From the IMG/VR virus record IMGVR_UViG_3300009159_000282, positions 1-25,703 of that record: DNA of 25,703 nt; one strand, given 5' to 3'. This document shows, one piece after another, positions 24,173 to 25,703 of this stretch. Below the pieces are notes generated by a model. The model saw only the letters and a list, made by a program, of their open reading frames with translations. It searched no databases and was not told the origin of the DNA. Made by a program: the position numbers and the translations under genes. This DNA is from a virus. Taxonomy: Duplodnaviria; Caudoviricetes. Within the stretch, counting starts at the first letter, position 1, and the number at the start of each line of letters is the position of its first letter.

Positions 24173-25021
24173 TTATGCGGAGTATGACCAGGCACCCCAA
24201 GAAACAGACGGCGTGTAAGCTGATATACCTGTAGTATTAGAAATGTTAAGCAGATTGATATAAAATGTTAGATCAATGTCAACATTTGATGCCACGCTAC
24301 CATCTCCGCCCTTGTCACGGCATTGGATAGACCCGTTGAACACATTGGTACCGATAGCAGTAATGGTTGCAAATATGCCATCCGGATCACCTCCTAAGCT
24401 ATAAGGACTTGTGCTAGTATACTGAGATTGTGTGCCCGGATCACCGGTTGTACGATAATTGGTTCGATTGTAAGCAGTAGAAACACCATTAGCAAGCGCA
24501 CCAAATGCATTGCTCTTTGGAGTACCGCCGGTGGATGCTCCAGAACCCGATAATGATATATAACCATCCCGATTAAAAAAGTAACGCTTTTCTTCTGCAT
24601 CAGTAAATGTAATAGTAAAGAGAGCTGTGGCTACTCTATTGCCGCTGGCATTACCCCAACCTGCGGGTAAAACTTTAGAAGTTTGTGAAGATGTTACAGT
24701 ACCACCGTTAGTGTCTCTATTGGTATCGATATATGTAGCCGCAGATTGATAGGTAACAAAGTTGGCCCAAGTAATTAAATTATTAGAAACAATGGTAGAG
24801 AGAGAACCGGCATTGGCGTTAGTAATATGCCGATAGCAGGCATTAATGTCACTGGCCAATGCTGTAAATTGTGTAGCAGTGATTATTGCTCCAACAGATA
24901 CAGTATTACTAGTCACAGAACTTCCGTACCCTCGGGTACTAGATCCTGTTCCTAACACATCAGCCACAGTATTTCTTACTGTATTATAATCGCTTGCTAA
25001 TGCTTTTGTGAATTGTGCCAT
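24173..25021 (-). CDS. Ser/Thr/Gly-rich virion structural protein (fibre or decoration type), paralog A
   Basis: as paralog B; GGAG RBS; TAAATA at 25042-25047. Confidence 0.65.
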   Translation of the reverse strand: MAQFTKALASDYNTVRNTVADVLGTGSSTRGYGSSVTSNTVSVGAIITATQFTALASDINACYRHITNANAGSLSTIVSNNLITWANFVTYQSAATYIDTNRDTNGGTVTSSQTSKVLPAGWGNASGNRVATALFTITFTDAEEKRYFFNRDGYISLSGSGASTGGTPKSNAFGALANGVSTAYNRTNYRTTGDPGTQSQYTSTSPYSLGGDPDGIFATITAIGTNVFNGSIQCRDKGGDGSVASNVDIDLTFYINLLNISNTTGISAYTPSVSWGAWSYSA

Positions 25022-25041
25022 TCTTTACTCCGTTATCTGTC

Positions 25042-25047
25042 TATTTA
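25042..25047 (-). promoter_or_regulatory. T4-late-like promoter heading the structural plus glycosyltransferase operon
   Basis: TAAATA in the intergenic gap, followed by GGAG RBS and ATG 25021. Confidence 0.6.
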
Positions 25048-25076
25048 TTAAGAAAATATTCCGTACATTAAATTCT

Positions 25077-25403
25077 TTATACCCTAAAACTTTCTCCGCA
25101 CCCACAGCGATCGCGCTCATTTGGGTTACGGAATTCAAATCCTTCGTTAAGGCCGTTGCGTACCCAATCTACCGTCATATTGTCTAAATATGCTAGGCTT
25201 TTTGCATCAACTAGCACACAAAAGTCCTGCTGGGCAAAGTTGGTAACGCCGGCTTCTGCTGTATACTCGTCTACATACTCTAAAGTATATGCTAGACCTG
25301 AACAGCCTGTTGTTTTAACACCTAAACGTATGCCTGCACCTTTACCTCGTTTTTCCAGTAAAGATTTAATCTTTTTGTAGGCCTGTTCATTAATTGTTAT
25401 CAT
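25077..25403 (-). CDS. iscA: iron-sulfur cluster A-type carrier IscA (start revised to 25403)
   Basis: MITINE.A...IRLGVKTTGCSGLAY...GFEFRNPN...CGCGESF. Confidence 0.95.
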   Translation of the reverse strand: MITINEQAYKKIKSLLEKRGKGAGIRLGVKTTGCSGLAYTLEYVDEYTAEAGVTNFAQQDFCVLVDAKSLAYLDNMTVDWVRNGLNEGFEFRNPNERDRCGCGESFRV

Positions 25404-25408
25404 ACCAA

Positions 25409-25424
25409 TATTTAACGTTAAATA
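25409..25424. promoter_or_regulatory. perfect 16-bp palindrome forming back-to-back late-like promoters
   Basis: TATTTAACGTTAAATA is self-complementary and gives TAAATA on each strand, facing iscA and iscU. Confidence 0.75.
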
Positions 25425-25432
25425 CATGCTAT

Positions 25433-25703
25433 ATGTCCTATTCAGAAAAAGTAATTGATCATTATGAAAATCCACGTAACGTGGGTAGCTTTGCTAAAGA
25501 CGAAGATGGCGTAGGCACGGGTATGGTTGGGGCCCCAGCGTGTGGGGATGTTATGAAGTTACAAATTAAGGTAGATGAACATGGTATTATTAGAGATGCT
25601 CGTTTCAAGACATATGGATGCGGTTCAGCAATCGCCAGTAGTTCGTTGGTTACAGAACTTATTCGTGGGATGCATATTGATGATGCTTCTAATATACGCA
25701 ACA
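25433..25703 (+). CDS. iscU: Fe-S cluster scaffold IscU (3' truncated by the window end; not in the ORF track)
   Basis: manual translation MSYSEKVIDHYENPRNVGSF...GTGMVGAPACGDVMKLQIKV...RFKTYGCGSAIASSS. Confidence 0.95.
   Translation, partial: MSYSEKVIDHYENPRNVGSFAKDEDGVGTGMVGAPACGDVMKLQIKVDEHGIIRDARFKTYGCGSAIASSSLVTELIRGMHIDDASNIRN

Noticed and set aside
25462-25701. 79-aa minus-strand ORF at the window end
   Set aside because: Antisense to the clear iscU reading frame

Overview
A 25.7 kb segment of a large T4-like tailed dsDNA phage. The IscU/IscA sequences suggest a Beta- or Gammaproteobacterial host (inference). Left part (1-4.95 kb, minus strand): early region of small genes driven by six near-consensus sigma70 promoters, each with a GGTAAAACC box inside its spacer. 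It also holds a GP88-family gene, a GIY-YIG-like gene, tRNA-Ile(CAU), a GT9-like glycosyltransferase, a lipoprotein and two highly structured non-coding stretches (about 793-1221 and 3250-3495). Middle part (5-8.3 kb): a repeat-rich divergent intergenic region, small genes, a tail assembly chaperone, a SleB-like cell wall hydrolase and a probable internal head protein. Right part (8.3-25.7 kb): an AT-rich enzyme island with four radical SAM/SPASM-twitch genes (one split by a single in-frame TAA), four or five glycosyltransferase-like genes, three putative Fe(II)/2OG oxygenases, an SDR, a QueC-like PP-loop ATPase, a methyltransferase and a GNAT-like protein. It is followed by two paralogous Ser/Thr-rich virion proteins and a divergent iscA/iscU pair. 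A T4-late-like TAAATA box (once TAAGTA) lies exactly 5 nt before the ATG of nine genes, implying systematic leaderless late mRNAs. All calls come from reading the sequence and recognising motifs; no searches or folding programs were run.
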